Part shown: positions 9,464 to 19,144 of the stretch, one piece after another
How the letters are laid out: every line of letters starts with the position of its first letter
Position numbering within the stretch: the stretch's first letter is position 1
Assembly (NCBI GenBank): GCA_046293175.1
Contig: JBKBPM010000001.1
Coordinates: 299,446 to 363,445 of the forward strand
Direction of reading: 5' to 3'
Length of the DNA: 64,000 bases
Origin: Minisyncoccia bacterium
GTDB taxonomy: Bacteria > Patescibacteriota > Minisyncoccia > Phycocordibacterales > UBA918
Position numbers and translations under genes: made by a program
The notes under the pieces: model-generated
What the model saw: the letters and a program-made list of their open reading frames with translations, nothing else
Databases searched by the model: none
What the model was told of the DNA's origin: nothing

Positions 9464-9895
9464 TTAGATACGGCGAGGCTTAGGCGCACGAGGACCATTA
9501 AATGGTACTGGCGTCATATCGACGATGCGAGTAATACTAATGCCCTTGCCAGCAAATGCACGGAGAGCTGATTCGCGACCAGCACCGACACCGCGGACAA
9601 CGACTTCAGCATCCTTCATACCCATCTGGGTAGCTTTTTCGCCGATGATTTCACCAACTTTGGCTGCGGCAAACGGAGTACTCTTGCGAGAACCTTTAAA
9701 GCCTAAGGCACCGGAAGATGCACTCATAACTGCGTTACCCTTTGGGTCACAAAGAGTAAGGAGAGTATTGTTAAAAGTGGCTAAAATATTAAGGCGACCA
9801 GTTGCTACTTTACGTTTTGGAATGCGGTTGAGTGCTCGTGAAGAGCCTGCTACATCCGAGCCGCCGCTCTTTTTCATGATTCGTTTCTTTCCCAT
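9464..9895 (-). CDS. rpsK: 30S ribosomal protein S11
   Basis: GFKGSRKSTPFAA and C-terminal PKPRRI motifs. Confidence 0.95.
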   Translation of the reverse strand: MGKKRIMKKSGGSDVAGSSRALNRIPKRKVATGRLNILATFNNTLLTLCDPKGNAVMSASSGALGFKGSRKSTPFAAAKVGEIIGEKATQMGMKDAEVVVRGVGAGRESALRAFAGKGISITRIVDMTPVPFNGPRAPKPRRI

Positions 9896-9926
9896 ATGTT
9901 TAAGATACTTGAATTAAGAGAGACTT

Positions 9927-10304
9927 TTAAGTCTTTTCGAGCTTACGGCGACCGCTACCCATCGTCTTCTTCACACCCTTGAGGGTACGAGCATTGGTCT
10001 TGGTGCGCTGTCCACGGGCAGGCAAACGCTTTGCGTGACGTGAGCCACGGTAGCTTTGGATGTCCTTGAGGCGTTTAATATTGGCAGAAACCTCGCGCTT
10101 AAGTTCACCTTCAATAGTGAAGGCTTCGACACTTTCACGGATGAGGTTTTCCTGTTCGGTGTTTAGATCAGTAGGTTTTAATGTCTCTTTGATCTTGTGC
10201 GAGGCAAGGATCTTTTTCGCGCGCGAAAGTCCAATGCCATAAACAGCGGTGAGACCATAGGCCAGCTGTTTATCGTCGGGGATTGTGATACCTGAAATAC
10301 GCAT
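9927..10304 (-). CDS. rpsM: 30S ribosomal protein S13
   Basis: MRISGITIPDDKQLAYGLTAVYGIG and basic C-terminal tail. Confidence 0.95.
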   Translation of the reverse strand: MRISGITIPDDKQLAYGLTAVYGIGLSRAKKILASHKIKETLKPTDLNTEQENLIRESVEAFTIEGELKREVSANIKRLKDIQSYRGSRHAKRLPARGQRTKTNARTLKGVKKTMGSGRRKLEKT

Positions 10305-10317
10305 ACACTTTTGTTAA

Positions 10318-10434
10318 CTAGCCTTGTCGCTGCTTGTGACGTGGCTTCCTCTTATTAATTACGTAGATAACACCTCGTCGCTTAACGATGATGTCATCAG
10401 GACTCATCTTTTTGACTGATGAACGAACTTTCAT
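10318..10434 (-). CDS. rpmJ: 50S ribosomal protein L36 (zinc-independent variant)
   Basis: Internal start of ORF 10318..10500. [38 protein letters not shown] aligns with L36, but the Zn-ligand cysteines are replaced (C11S, C14D, C27N). Confidence 0.85.
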   Translation of the reverse strand: MKVRSSVKKMSPDDIIVKRRGVIYVINKRKPRHKQRQG

Positions 10435-10444
10435 GTTGTTCTTC

Positions 10445-10675
10445 TTACATTCTCTTACTAATACGTGCTTTGCCGCCGTACGGGTCGATAACCATACCAA
10501 CTCGGTCGCCGACTAAAACTCTGATTCTAAACCGTCGCATTTTACCAGCGAGATAGGCAATCTGTGATTCTTTAGTATCGTCACGAATAACACGGAAAAG
10601 CGCATTTGGGAGCGCTTCTTCCACCGTGCCAAAAACTAGGTCTTCACGTGAATTGTCGAGTTCTTGCTGATCCAT
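10445..10675 (-). CDS. infA: translation initiation factor IF-1
   Basis: S1-like OB fold sequence ([18 protein letters not shown]...[16 protein letters not shown]). Confidence 0.9.
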   Translation of the reverse strand: MDQQELDNSREDLVFGTVEEALPNALFRVIRDDTKESQIAYLAGKMRRFRIRVLVGDRVGMVIDPYGGKARISKRM

Positions 10676-10740
10676 TTAGACGGGAGTGAGTGTAGCAAAA
10701 GAATCGCAATTCGTCAACAGTATAGGGGTTAATTTATAGG

Positions 10741-12177
10741 CTAATTCTCTCCTACCACCTCGACAATGTCAATTTCTGTGTAGTCACTTGGCATCGTGCG
10801 CTTCCAAATTGGGCGGATTTTGACCTCACTCTTCTCAATTCCTCGGTAACTCGACATGATTTGTGGAATGGCTGTCTTTTCTTTGTTGACGAGGTCTAAA
10901 GCCAATTTTCCTTCATCCACGGTCCAAACGATCTTAGGGACACCGACGATTTTGAAACTAAGGCTTTCCTCATTGGCGAGGAAACTTTGGCTGGTGGTAG
11001 CGTTTGTGTAGGTAAAGGTCAAAAGGTCAATATTATCAATCCGAACAGGATCATTTTCGTAGCCAACAATAGTTTCTTTGGCAATAAATGAGGCAAAGTC
11101 AGCCGCTTTAAATAACGGCATCTGAAGCACGGCTTGTTCTTTAATGGTAACGAGTTTGTCTCCGTACTGTACGGGCTGTAGCTGGTTGTACACGATAGAT
11201 ACTGAGTCTTTGAAGGTAGTATAGCCAGCGGGACGTTCTGATTCGATTCGAGCCAGTAATGTGTCTCTCAGTTCAGCCTGGAGACTCTGACGTGCGGTAG
11301 CAAGTGCGTCTTCATTTATAATAAACTTTGGTCCATTAAATCCATTTGTAAAGGCGACTGGGTTCTTGGCACTAATAGCATTATAAAGGTCCATGTAGTT
11401 ACCTTCCTTAAAACCAGGCACCTTCAAATCAGTACCGGCTTTGAGGTTGTATTTGTCTCCCGGTTGATCAGCAAAGACTTTGGCGCGGATAGTGCCAGGT
11501 ACCAATTTACCATCAACTGTTACTGCTCCCGGTACAACAACTGATTCCTCGATGCGAAATACGAGACCATCGAGGGTTTCAAAACGGGTATTTTTGATTA
11601 AGCGTTCAGCACCCGGTGTAGTTTTTGAAATTTCTATTTCACCGGAAGCCTGTACTTTTACCTGTTCTTGGCCGCTGGCTTCTACCTGGCGCTCACTGGT
11701 GGCTTCAAGGGTCAGGATCTCATAGCTCAGTTCCTCTGGACGCTGTTCTTTATACGCGGTGAAGGTGGCGTTAACGTTGAGTTCACGTATTTTTGGATAA
11801 AACGTGACGGTGGCACCGCCGGTAAGGTAACTAATAAAAATCCCTATACTCGTGATGCCAACAAATAGAACAGAGGCGATGATAAGATGCTGACGACTCT
11901 TTTTCTTACCATTTATTACCGGTATTGAGTCAAAACCCTCATCTTCGTCTGAAGCAAAGTGTGTCTCTTCTGGTTCCGTTTCTGGTTCTGGTGCATGACG
12001 GCGTGGTCGCATATCAAGTCCAGCACCAGCCCGTGGAGGCTTCATGTCACTAATCTGGGTCCGTACTGGAGTCCCTTCGTTACTTTGCGACCGGATAATA
12101 GTTGGATGCTGACCGTCGGTGCGAGTTCGACGCGGCTCGGTCGGACGAATGTCCTGCAGGTTCCATTTTTGTGTCAT
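10741..12177 (-). CDS. hypothetical membrane-anchored protein (disordered N-terminus, 1 TM, large extracytoplasmic domain)
   Basis: 478 aa. Pro/Arg/Glu-rich N-terminal 100 aa, single TM (LIIASVLFVGITSIGIFISYL), then about 360 aa with no motif I recognise. Sits where secY-adk-map normally precede infA. Confidence 0.6.
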   Translation of the reverse strand: MTQKWNLQDIRPTEPRRTRTDGQHPTIIRSQSNEGTPVRTQISDMKPPRAGAGLDMRPRRHAPEPETEPEETHFASDEDEGFDSIPVINGKKKSRQHLIIASVLFVGITSIGIFISYLTGGATVTFYPKIRELNVNATFTAYKEQRPEELSYEILTLEATSERQVEASGQEQVKVQASGEIEISKTTPGAERLIKNTRFETLDGLVFRIEESVVVPGAVTVDGKLVPGTIRAKVFADQPGDKYNLKAGTDLKVPGFKEGNYMDLYNAISAKNPVAFTNGFNGPKFIINEDALATARQSLQAELRDTLLARIESERPAGYTTFKDSVSIVYNQLQPVQYGDKLVTIKEQAVLQMPLFKAADFASFIAKETIVGYENDPVRIDNIDLLTFTYTNATTSQSFLANEESLSFKIVGVPKIVWTVDEGKLALDLVNKEKTAIPQIMSSYRGIEKSEVKIRPIWKRTMPSDYTEIDIVEVVGEN

Positions 12178-12200
12178 AGATTTCTCTACAGTATAGCTCT

Positions 12201-13433
12201 TTATACCTGGGTAAAGCGAGTGGCACTCCCCTGTTTGTGGAAAAACTGTCCACTCATAAGGACGCCAGTGTCAATTCTCCGCTTGAGGAGGTCGATTTTT
12301 TGTTCTCCAGTAAATTGCGTGAGCATGAGGTCATGTGAGAGGGTGTGTACCGTGTGGGCTGAGCTCGTGGCGGCCTTTGCAGCAGCGGCGATATAGTTAT
12401 CAAAAAAGCGCTCATGGAGGTAGCTGCTATGCAAAAAAATTACCTTTGGAATAGCAAGACTGTCACCAGTTTCGTGGAAAAGTGACTCGAGCGCATTTTG
12501 GTATTCATTCATGAGAACAGTAATCGCTTCTTTTTCACTAGCAGTGACACAGTCAAGTGAATCAGCATCGTAAGTTCGTTTGAGGATTGTGGCAGCGTCT
12601 CCTTCTGGGGTATCAAGTCGTGTTGCAAGATTACGAACCAGGGTGTTAATACCAATTGGTGTGTAGGTAGTGTACTGAAGGACGCCACCGCGAACGATAG
12701 CTAGTTCCGTCGCTTCGTAGGTCAAATCAACGAGGCAGTACTCGGTCATATCGGGATACAGATCTTTGATGGTGCTATGAAAAACTAGCATGGCTGAGTA
12801 CCGTTCAAGCTTAGTATTGGTGAACATGCGCTGGCGGAGATCCTCAATTGCACTAGTAATCAGATTTTGGGCAATAGCTGAAACCTGCGTCAGGGTAACT
12901 ACTGATGCAGTTTGCCCGATTGGATTCATGGTACGATAGCCGTTGGCGGTGATATCGGTAGTAGCTCGAGTCATGATAGTTAGTCCAGAACCATGCTCTT
13001 TTTCGCTTTCGGAGAGGGCTTCCATAGTTTTTTGATTGGCCTTTTCGGTCAGATTATCAATGAGGGCACTGGTAATTGTAAAGGGTGTCTCACTTTCGTA
13101 TTCAATAACTTTACTTACTGTGTATGACCACGGGGCGGTAATGGACACCTGGAGGGTTTCGATACTGTGTCGGGGGAAACTCTTGGCCAGTGCGGCTCGT
13201 CCTTCACTATCAAGTGCTATCATACTATTCATAAGCGCAGTGAGCATACTTTTGGTACTACGTGCAAAATCGTAATCAATACCAATGGTCGCAAACTCGC
13301 GTTTGGCCCAGACAATTGTCGGTTGCTTTTCACTAGTCAGAGACACTACAACTGCAGTCAATACACTACCAGAGCCAATCTCAATGATGGCACCAACTCG
13401 TGAGGTACCTCCTGACTTACTAAAGAGCTTCAT
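12201..13433 (-). CDS. actin-like ATPase, FtsA/PilM-like (possibly Ppx/GppA-like)
   Basis: N-terminal phosphate-1 loop (AIIEIGSGSVLTAVV) and a second motif (LVDLTYEATELAIVRGGVLQYTTYTPIGINTLVRNLATRL) resembling FtsA/PilM DIGGGTTD...P.GG..IT.DIA. Motif-level only. Confidence 0.5.
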   Translation of the reverse strand: MKLFSKSGGTSRVGAIIEIGSGSVLTAVVVSLTSEKQPTIVWAKREFATIGIDYDFARSTKSMLTALMNSMIALDSEGRAALAKSFPRHSIETLQVSITAPWSYTVSKVIEYESETPFTITSALIDNLTEKANQKTMEALSESEKEHGSGLTIMTRATTDITANGYRTMNPIGQTASVVTLTQVSAIAQNLITSAIEDLRQRMFTNTKLERYSAMLVFHSTIKDLYPDMTEYCLVDLTYEATELAIVRGGVLQYTTYTPIGINTLVRNLATRLDTPEGDAATILKRTYDADSLDCVTASEKEAITVLMNEYQNALESLFHETGDSLAIPKVIFLHSSYLHERFFDNYIAAAAKAATSSAHTVHTLSHDLMLTQFTGEQKIDLLKRRIDTGVLMSGQFFHKQGSATRFTQV

Positions 13434-13507
13434 GTTCTTTGTAGTATAGCAAACTACTCGACCAGAAATAGTCGACTAGTTCTGAGAACGTGGATTGTGC
13501 AAGAGTA

Positions 13508-15454
13508 TTATTCGAGCACTGCTTTGATACGACGGACACCAGCAGACGATGATTCTTCTTTGGTGATCTTGAAGGTTCCTTTGATGTCGGCGAGGTCTTC
13601 GACGTGTGGACCACCACAGAGTTCTTTGGAGACGACCACACCAGCATTGGTGGTCATGGTGTAGACCTTTACTTCATCGGGATAGCGATCCCAGAATGAA
13701 GCTTCGATTGTTGGGTCGTTTTGCGCAGCCACCTTACTCATCATGGTGATGGTAACTGGACCACCTTGCTTGATGGCATCATTTACGTAGGCCTCTACTT
13801 TGCGGAGATCTTCATCACTGATTTTTTCTCCATGGGTTACGTCGTAGCGAAGTCGTTCACCAGTGATATTGCTTCCCGCCTGGTGGACATGAGTACCCAA
13901 AACTTTTCGTAAACCAGCCAGCATGAGGTGGGTGGCGGTGTGGTACTGTACCACCTGCTCTGATTGGTCAGCGAGGCCGCCCTTAAACTTCTGTTCAGCG
14001 CCCGCTCGACTGAGATTGCGGTGTTCATCCATTAGCTTTTCAAACCCCGCTCGCTCGACAATGAGTCCCTTCTCGGCCGCAATTTCTTCGGTGAGCTCAA
14101 TTGGGAAACCGTAGGTTGTGTAGAGATCAAAGGCATTTTGGGCACTAATGGCTTGCTTGGTCACCGGTGCTACGTCTTTATCAATCACTTTTTTGCCATC
14201 GACCTCCTTACTTGTCAGATGAATCTGAAGGGAAACTTTATTAAATTGCTTAAGACCAGCCTCAAGCGTCTTGCGGAATTGCTCTTCTTCTCGGGCAATA
14301 GCAGTCTTAATATCTTCTCGTTTCTCTGCGAGATTCGGGTAGTGAACTTCGTAGGTCGCAATCACACTTGAAGCCAAGTCGGCAAATTTACCGGCCGGAA
14401 TGCCAATCTTATCTGCATACCGCACCGCGCGACGAAGGAGACGACGGACGAAGTAGCCTTGTTGGTCATTGCTTGGATATACCCCATCCCCAATCATAAA
14501 GACCGCCCCACGAATATGGTCAGTAATGACGCGGAAGGCGACTTCATTACCGGCGTAGAGTTTCCCGGAAAGTTCAACAATTTGTTTGATCACCGTATGG
14601 AGGAGATCTACATGAAAGACGTCAGGATTTCCTACCTTCGCTGCGGCAATACGTTCAAGTCCACCACCAAAGTCGACGTTTCGTTGTGGGAGCTTTGCAA
14701 AACTACCATCCTCCTGTTTGATATACTCAATAAACACTGAGTTGCCAATCTCGAGGAATTGCCCTGAGTCACTGTTTGGATGCGCCGCTTGCTGGCCGTA
14801 GACCGGATGAGTGGCGTGTTCCGGACCAAAGTCATAGAAGACTTCACTATCTGGTCCACCAATTTCACCAACGGGCATATTGCTTGGCTTGCCGCTGCGA
14901 CTCCACCAGTTTTTGCCGGCGTCGTAGTAGAAGATACGGCCTCCTTGCATACCAACTTCGTAACCGTCTTCTTCACTGCCGATAAAGATATCTTTGGCCT
15001 CAATGCCGCGTTCGGCAAATAATTCTTTCCAAATAGCGACTGATTCATCATCTCGGGGAATACCAAGTGTTTCGTCTCCTGCAAAGACGGTGACGTAGAT
15101 ACGAGCCGGATCAAGCCCGACTTCATCGACGAGGAAAGTAAAGAACCAGCGGAGTTGTTCCTTTTTGAAGTAGTCACCAAGAGACCAGTTACCGAGCATC
15201 TCAAAGAAGGTGGTATGACGATTGTCCCCTACTTCTTCGATATCATTCGCGCGGAAACACTTTTGCGAGTCAGCGAGACGAGTGCCCATTGGGTGCTTTT
15301 CTCCCATCAGATACGGGATGAGTGGCTGCATACCACTGCCCGTGAAGAGTGTCGTGGGGTCATTTTCTGGTACGAGGGCGGCAGACGGAATAACCGCATG
15401 ACCATTTTTGGCCATAAAGTCGAGATACCGCTGTCTGATTTCATTTCCGCTCAT
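13508..15454 (-). CDS. alaS: alanyl-tRNA synthetase (short form, lacks C-Ala domain)
   Basis: Class II catalytic core (FTGSGMQP, FEMLGNWSLGDYFK), editing-domain HxxxH (HTATHLMLAGL) and CGGPHV motif. 648 aa versus about 870 in typical bacteria. Confidence 0.9.
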   Translation of the reverse strand: MSGNEIRQRYLDFMAKNGHAVIPSAALVPENDPTTLFTGSGMQPLIPYLMGEKHPMGTRLADSQKCFRANDIEEVGDNRHTTFFEMLGNWSLGDYFKKEQLRWFFTFLVDEVGLDPARIYVTVFAGDETLGIPRDDESVAIWKELFAERGIEAKDIFIGSEEDGYEVGMQGGRIFYYDAGKNWWSRSGKPSNMPVGEIGGPDSEVFYDFGPEHATHPVYGQQAAHPNSDSGQFLEIGNSVFIEYIKQEDGSFAKLPQRNVDFGGGLERIAAAKVGNPDVFHVDLLHTVIKQIVELSGKLYAGNEVAFRVITDHIRGAVFMIGDGVYPSNDQQGYFVRRLLRRAVRYADKIGIPAGKFADLASSVIATYEVHYPNLAEKREDIKTAIAREEEQFRKTLEAGLKQFNKVSLQIHLTSKEVDGKKVIDKDVAPVTKQAISAQNAFDLYTTYGFPIELTEEIAAEKGLIVERAGFEKLMDEHRNLSRAGAEQKFKGGLADQSEQVVQYHTATHLMLAGLRKVLGTHVHQAGSNITGERLRYDVTHGEKISDEDLRKVEAYVNDAIKQGGPVTITMMSKVAAQNDPTIEASFWDRYPDEVKVYTMTTNAGVVVSKELCGGPHVEDLADIKGTFKITKEESSSAGVRRIKAVLE

Positions 15455-15576
15455 ACAAAATAATGTTATTTCTAGTGGTAGTTACTATACCAGATTTATG
15501 AGCTTTGGCGAGAGGAAGGTTGCGAGAGAGACCAGCTGTGCTACTTTTTGTGGTGACTCAGAACAAGGAGATTCAA

Positions 15577-15708
15577 ATGGGTGAGTATGATTACTCTTCT
15601 GATGGAGGTCCGGAAGAAGTGAAGCTGGTGTTCAAGTTGGGACGTAGCGGCGGGCAACTGTTTTCAGAACTACCACTCGACATTCAAGGTCGCTTCTTTT
15701 TGAGGTGA
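15577..15708 (+). CDS. candidate small protein (43 aa, MGEYDYSSDGGPEEVKLVFKLGRSGGQLFSELPLDIQGRFFLR)
   Basis: Internal ATG of ORF 15505..15708 preceded by AAGGAG (7 nt spacing). Followed by a 10-bp hairpin (cgcttcgaca...tgtcgaagcg). Divergent from alaS. Confidence 0.3.
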   Translation: MGEYDYSSDGGPEEVKLVFKLGRSGGQLFSELPLDIQGRFFLR

Positions 15709-15819
15709 TGCACCATCTGGACGCTTCGACACGGAAGCTTGTCGAAGCGAGACGTTTAGGCAGTTGAAGCCTTCCTACCTTACAGTAGCGGAATCCCGCT
15801 GCGGTGGGGTTCTTCATTA

Positions 15820-17679
15820 TTATTTCGGCTTTTGTTTTTTGGCCAACTTTTGGAAGGTTTTGATGTCCTCTTCGAGCTTGGTGAGCGCTGCTTCAAAGGT
15901 AGCGGCTTTCGTCGTATCGATACCAGCGTCTTTGTAGATATCTTTGATGAGCTTTGATTCGCCAGCGGTGAGGAATTGGTCAATCTTCGCACTATAAGAC
16001 CGATCAGCGCGGAAGCGAGCGGCCATGATACTACTCATCAAAAGGCCATAGGCGTAGCTGTATGTGTAGAAGCCCATTCGGAGGTGTGAGACGTACACAT
16101 AGGTGTAACCATCATCTGGGGTCAATTTCACGCCTTTACCGAGGTACGCTGCGAGATGTTTGTTAGTGAGTGCGGCGTATTCTTCGTTTGTGAGACCACC
16201 TTCACGCATAACCGATTCATGTATATCAAGTTCGGTGTTGAAGAAGGCAATTTGGCGTTGGATAGTTGAGATATCGCGGAGAATACGGTCGTGGAGTAAA
16301 ACAAACTGCGTATGTTCATTCATCTGCGCATACACCGCATCAAATACCAAATTTTCAAACAAGGTACTTGCTGTCTCCGCAGTCACTATCGAATGACCAT
16401 CATAAAATGGCGATTGTCCGTCCATGCTACGACGGGCATGAATTGCGTGACCCATTTCGTGGGCGAGGGTTTCAAGTGATTTGAAATCAGTGATGTGATT
16501 GAGAAAAACATTAATTGGCTGGCCACTTTGCGCAGACATAAAAGCACCACCTGATTTGCCACTCCGCGGCCAGACATCAATCTGCCCTTTCTCTAACATG
16601 GTATCAAAGAGTTCACCGTACCGTGGGTTTACGTCATAAAAGACATCACGACAAATAGCCACCGCGTCGGTAAATGAGATCTTTACGTCTTCACCAATTG
16701 ATTCATTTCGTTGACTGTAATCAAGGTGAGGGACACCGTGATAGGCCGCTTTGATTTCATAGAATTTGCGACTGAGAGCAAAACCCTTCTTCCCCACTAC
16801 TTCACGGAGAGTCATGAGGGCTTCTTCGGTGTCTTGGTAACTCTGTACGGTAGCACTGTAGGGATGTTTGTACCCGCGGATATCGTCTTCGGTACGAGCA
16901 TCGGTCACAATTGCGTTCATTTCATGCTCTGCCACTTCGCCAATTTGCTTTAATTCCTCAACAATCAATTTCCAGAGCTTTGGCTTGTCGGCAAACTTCT
17001 GCACGTTGATGAGCTCAATCGCCTCTGGCAAAGCCACTCGCTTCCCTTTCCAGGTGATGTGTCGGTCAGTAATGATTTTGTCAGTCATATCCACCCACCG
17101 ACCACTGGCTTGTCGGCTCTTGAGGCTTATAATCTTTTCTTCGGCTTCACTGAGGTGATGGGCAGCTCCAACAAACAGCCGTTCAAGGTAGTAGTGATAC
17201 GGTGCGAGTTTTGGATCTTTGAGCAGCACCTTCTGTGTTGCTTTGGGAATCTTGCCGAGCTCAAGTGGGAAAAAGAGGGTCTCATCACTCGCTTTGCGGA
17301 GACGGTTCTGAATAAGTGAGAGTTGCTTGGTTGCGTTCGTGTCCTTGGTATCAACACAGCTACGGAGCCAGAAGTAACGGGTAGCGCGTGAGTACGTCGG
17401 GTTGCCGGCCATTGCTTCGCTATCCTTGAGTGCAGCAAGGAGAAGGTCGGTTTTGGTCGTAAAGGCTTTGCCTCGCCATTTTTTGGCAAAGGCACGATAG
17501 GCAGATTCGGTGGCAGCGATATCTTTTTCAATCTGCGGGTCTTTATCACTCTTGTAGTACAAAGAAAAGTCCCATGATTCTTGTATGGTCACGGGTGCAT
17601 GACTGTTTTTTTGCGTATACTTAAAACTCTTTTTCTTGGGATTTTTGGACGGCATAAATAAATTCTTTGTAACTTTCAA
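15820..17679 (-). CDS. pepF: oligoendopeptidase F (M3 family metallopeptidase)
   Basis: HEMGHAIH zinc motif and M3B-like length and architecture. Confidence 0.9.
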   Translation of the reverse strand: MKVTKNLFMPSKNPKKKSFKYTQKNSHAPVTIQESWDFSLYYKSDKDPQIEKDIAATESAYRAFAKKWRGKAFTTKTDLLLAALKDSEAMAGNPTYSRATRYFWLRSCVDTKDTNATKQLSLIQNRLRKASDETLFFPLELGKIPKATQKVLLKDPKLAPYHYYLERLFVGAAHHLSEAEEKIISLKSRQASGRWVDMTDKIITDRHITWKGKRVALPEAIELINVQKFADKPKLWKLIVEELKQIGEVAEHEMNAIVTDARTEDDIRGYKHPYSATVQSYQDTEEALMTLREVVGKKGFALSRKFYEIKAAYHGVPHLDYSQRNESIGEDVKISFTDAVAICRDVFYDVNPRYGELFDTMLEKGQIDVWPRSGKSGGAFMSAQSGQPINVFLNHITDFKSLETLAHEMGHAIHARRSMDGQSPFYDGHSIVTAETASTLFENLVFDAVYAQMNEHTQFVLLHDRILRDISTIQRQIAFFNTELDIHESVMREGGLTNEEYAALTNKHLAAYLGKGVKLTPDDGYTYVYVSHLRMGFYTYSYAYGLLMSSIMAARFRADRSYSAKIDQFLTAGESKLIKDIYKDAGIDTTKAATFEAALTKLEEDIKTFQKLAKKQKPK

Positions 17680-18274
17680 ATACGTGATTAAATTCGTTTA
17701 AGAGTGGTCCCTCAAGGCGATTGTTAATGACATTCGCTAGGGTTTGGTACACCTCAAGACGTTCGGTGAGATTTTTACCAAAGTCTTGAAGGAACCGCGC
17801 TGGCGTCTCGTAATATTCCTCGACAATGGTGCGGAAATTGTGTGCTTTATCAGCGGCCGCAATCATAATAGCGTCTTTCGGTCCTTTTTTCAGCTGCACG
17901 GCATAGGCCTTTTTCTTTTCAGTCCAGGTGAGCTTACGGTCGCCATCGTGGGTAGGTTCGGTGAGAGTTTCGACGAGCTCACGTACCGTACCGCCAAAGT
18001 CTTCTTCGAGTTCATCCAGTGTATAGTCGGTATCCTCAACGGTATCGTGAAGAAGAGCCGCTACCATCACATCCTCATTGTCGGTGTAGTCATGGAGAAT
18101 AAACGCCACAGACATGAGGTGGGTGATGTACGGATACGGCATCGAACCCTTACGTTCCTGGTCGCGATGAAGGACAGCAGCGGCACGGATAGCTTGTTCG
18201 ATACGGTAGGAGTACATAATGTTTATAGTTTTAGGCAGCTCGTCTCGAGTCAGATGATCGAGAGCCATAACCAC
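17621..18274 (-). CDS. HD-domain hydrolase of the RelA/SpoT (p)ppGpp-hydrolase type (small alarmone hydrolase-like)
   Basis: H...QERKGSMPYPYITHLMSVAFIL....AALLHDTVEDT matches the RelA/SpoT HD signature. Stand-alone 217 aa. Overlaps the annotated pepF start by 59 nt (start choices uncertain). Confidence 0.7.
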   Translation of the reverse strand: MVMALDHLTRDELPKTINIMYSYRIEQAIRAAAVLHRDQERKGSMPYPYITHLMSVAFILHDYTDNEDVMVAALLHDTVEDTDYTLDELEEDFGGTVRELVETLTEPTHDGDRKLTWTEKKKAYAVQLKKGPKDAIMIAAADKAHNFRTIVEEYYETPARFLQDFGKNLTERLEVYQTLANVINNRLEGPLLNEFNHVFESYKEFIYAVQKSQEKEF

Positions 18275-18836
18275 CTGAACTCTTTATGTTGAGGTTTGTG
18301 CGGCCGGCAGTGTTCGGTGTAACATTGTTCTTTGCCTGATTGGCCTTGGCTTGGTTGGCCATAGCTCGTGTTAAATCGGCCTGGAGGTTGCCGAGACTGC
18401 TACGCTTTTGTCTGATTTCACTATCAAGGGCGTTGATTTCACGCATACGGGTGTCACGTGCTCGTCGCTCAGCCTCACTCTGTTCACGTGTGAGGCTTGT
18501 TAATTTTTGGTTGAGATCATTAAATCGGTTGTGCTGCTCGTTGTGTTTACGTTGAAGTACAGACTGTTCTTCCTGAAGTTTATTGAGTTTGTTTTGGAGA
18601 GTGGTTTGCTCTTTTTGATAGTAGTCTATATTGTCTTGGAGTGCTTTTAGGCTATTTTGTAGTGTTCGGATATCTTGAGTCACTTTACGATTGTCGTTGG
18701 CATACTTCGCTTGAATGGCAGTTAGCTCACTTTGCATCATGAGAGTGATCCGCTGCTTTTTGGTTTCTAAATCGACGACACGTTTTTGTTGGTCATCAAC
18801 GAGTTTTCGTTTTGTGTCTACATCATCAAAAGCCAT
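18231..18836 (-). CDS. hypothetical coiled-coil protein
   Basis: Heptad-rich Q/K/L sequence over about 160 aa with a Ser/Arg-rich tail. 6-nt gap to the upstream MGMT-like gene. Confidence 0.5.
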   Translation of the reverse strand: MAFDDVDTKRKLVDDQQKRVVDLETKKQRITLMMQSELTAIQAKYANDNRKVTQDIRTLQNSLKALQDNIDYYQKEQTTLQNKLNKLQEEQSVLQRKHNEQHNRFNDLNQKLTSLTREQSEAERRARDTRMREINALDSEIRQKRSSLGNLQADLTRAMANQAKANQAKNNVTPNTAGRTNLNIKSSGGYGSRSSDSRRAA

Positions 18837-18841
18837 AGTAC

Positions 18842-19141
18842 CTAGAGTATAACACCTTCTTTTTGTAAAATCTCCCTTTTCACAACTTCCCCACCTCGGT
18901 TGTAGCCACCAAGTCTACCGTCGCTTCGGATCACTCTGTGACACGGAATGTCAGGATTGTAGTTCTTGGCCATGAGGTTTGCGACTGCGCGAGCGGCTTT
19001 CTGATTGCCGGCTTTGGCTGCTACTTCGCCATACGTCATTGTCTGACCTTTTTTGATGCTTTTTACCACCCTATGCACTTGTTCGCTAAACATTGTCATA
19101 TTTTCATTTTTACCGAGGTTGCCGAGGGGTACCCTAGGCAA
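18842..19141 (-). CDS. methylated-DNA-protein-cysteine methyltransferase family (MGMT/Ogt C-terminal domain-only)
   Basis: PCHRV active-site motif in NYNPDIPCHRVIRSDGRLGGY. Only 99 aa. Confidence 0.75.
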   Translation of the reverse strand: MPRVPLGNLGKNENMTMFSEQVHRVVKSIKKGQTMTYGEVAAKAGNQKAARAVANLMAKNYNPDIPCHRVIRSDGRLGGYNRGGEVVKREILQKEGVIL

Positions 19142-19144
19142 ATT

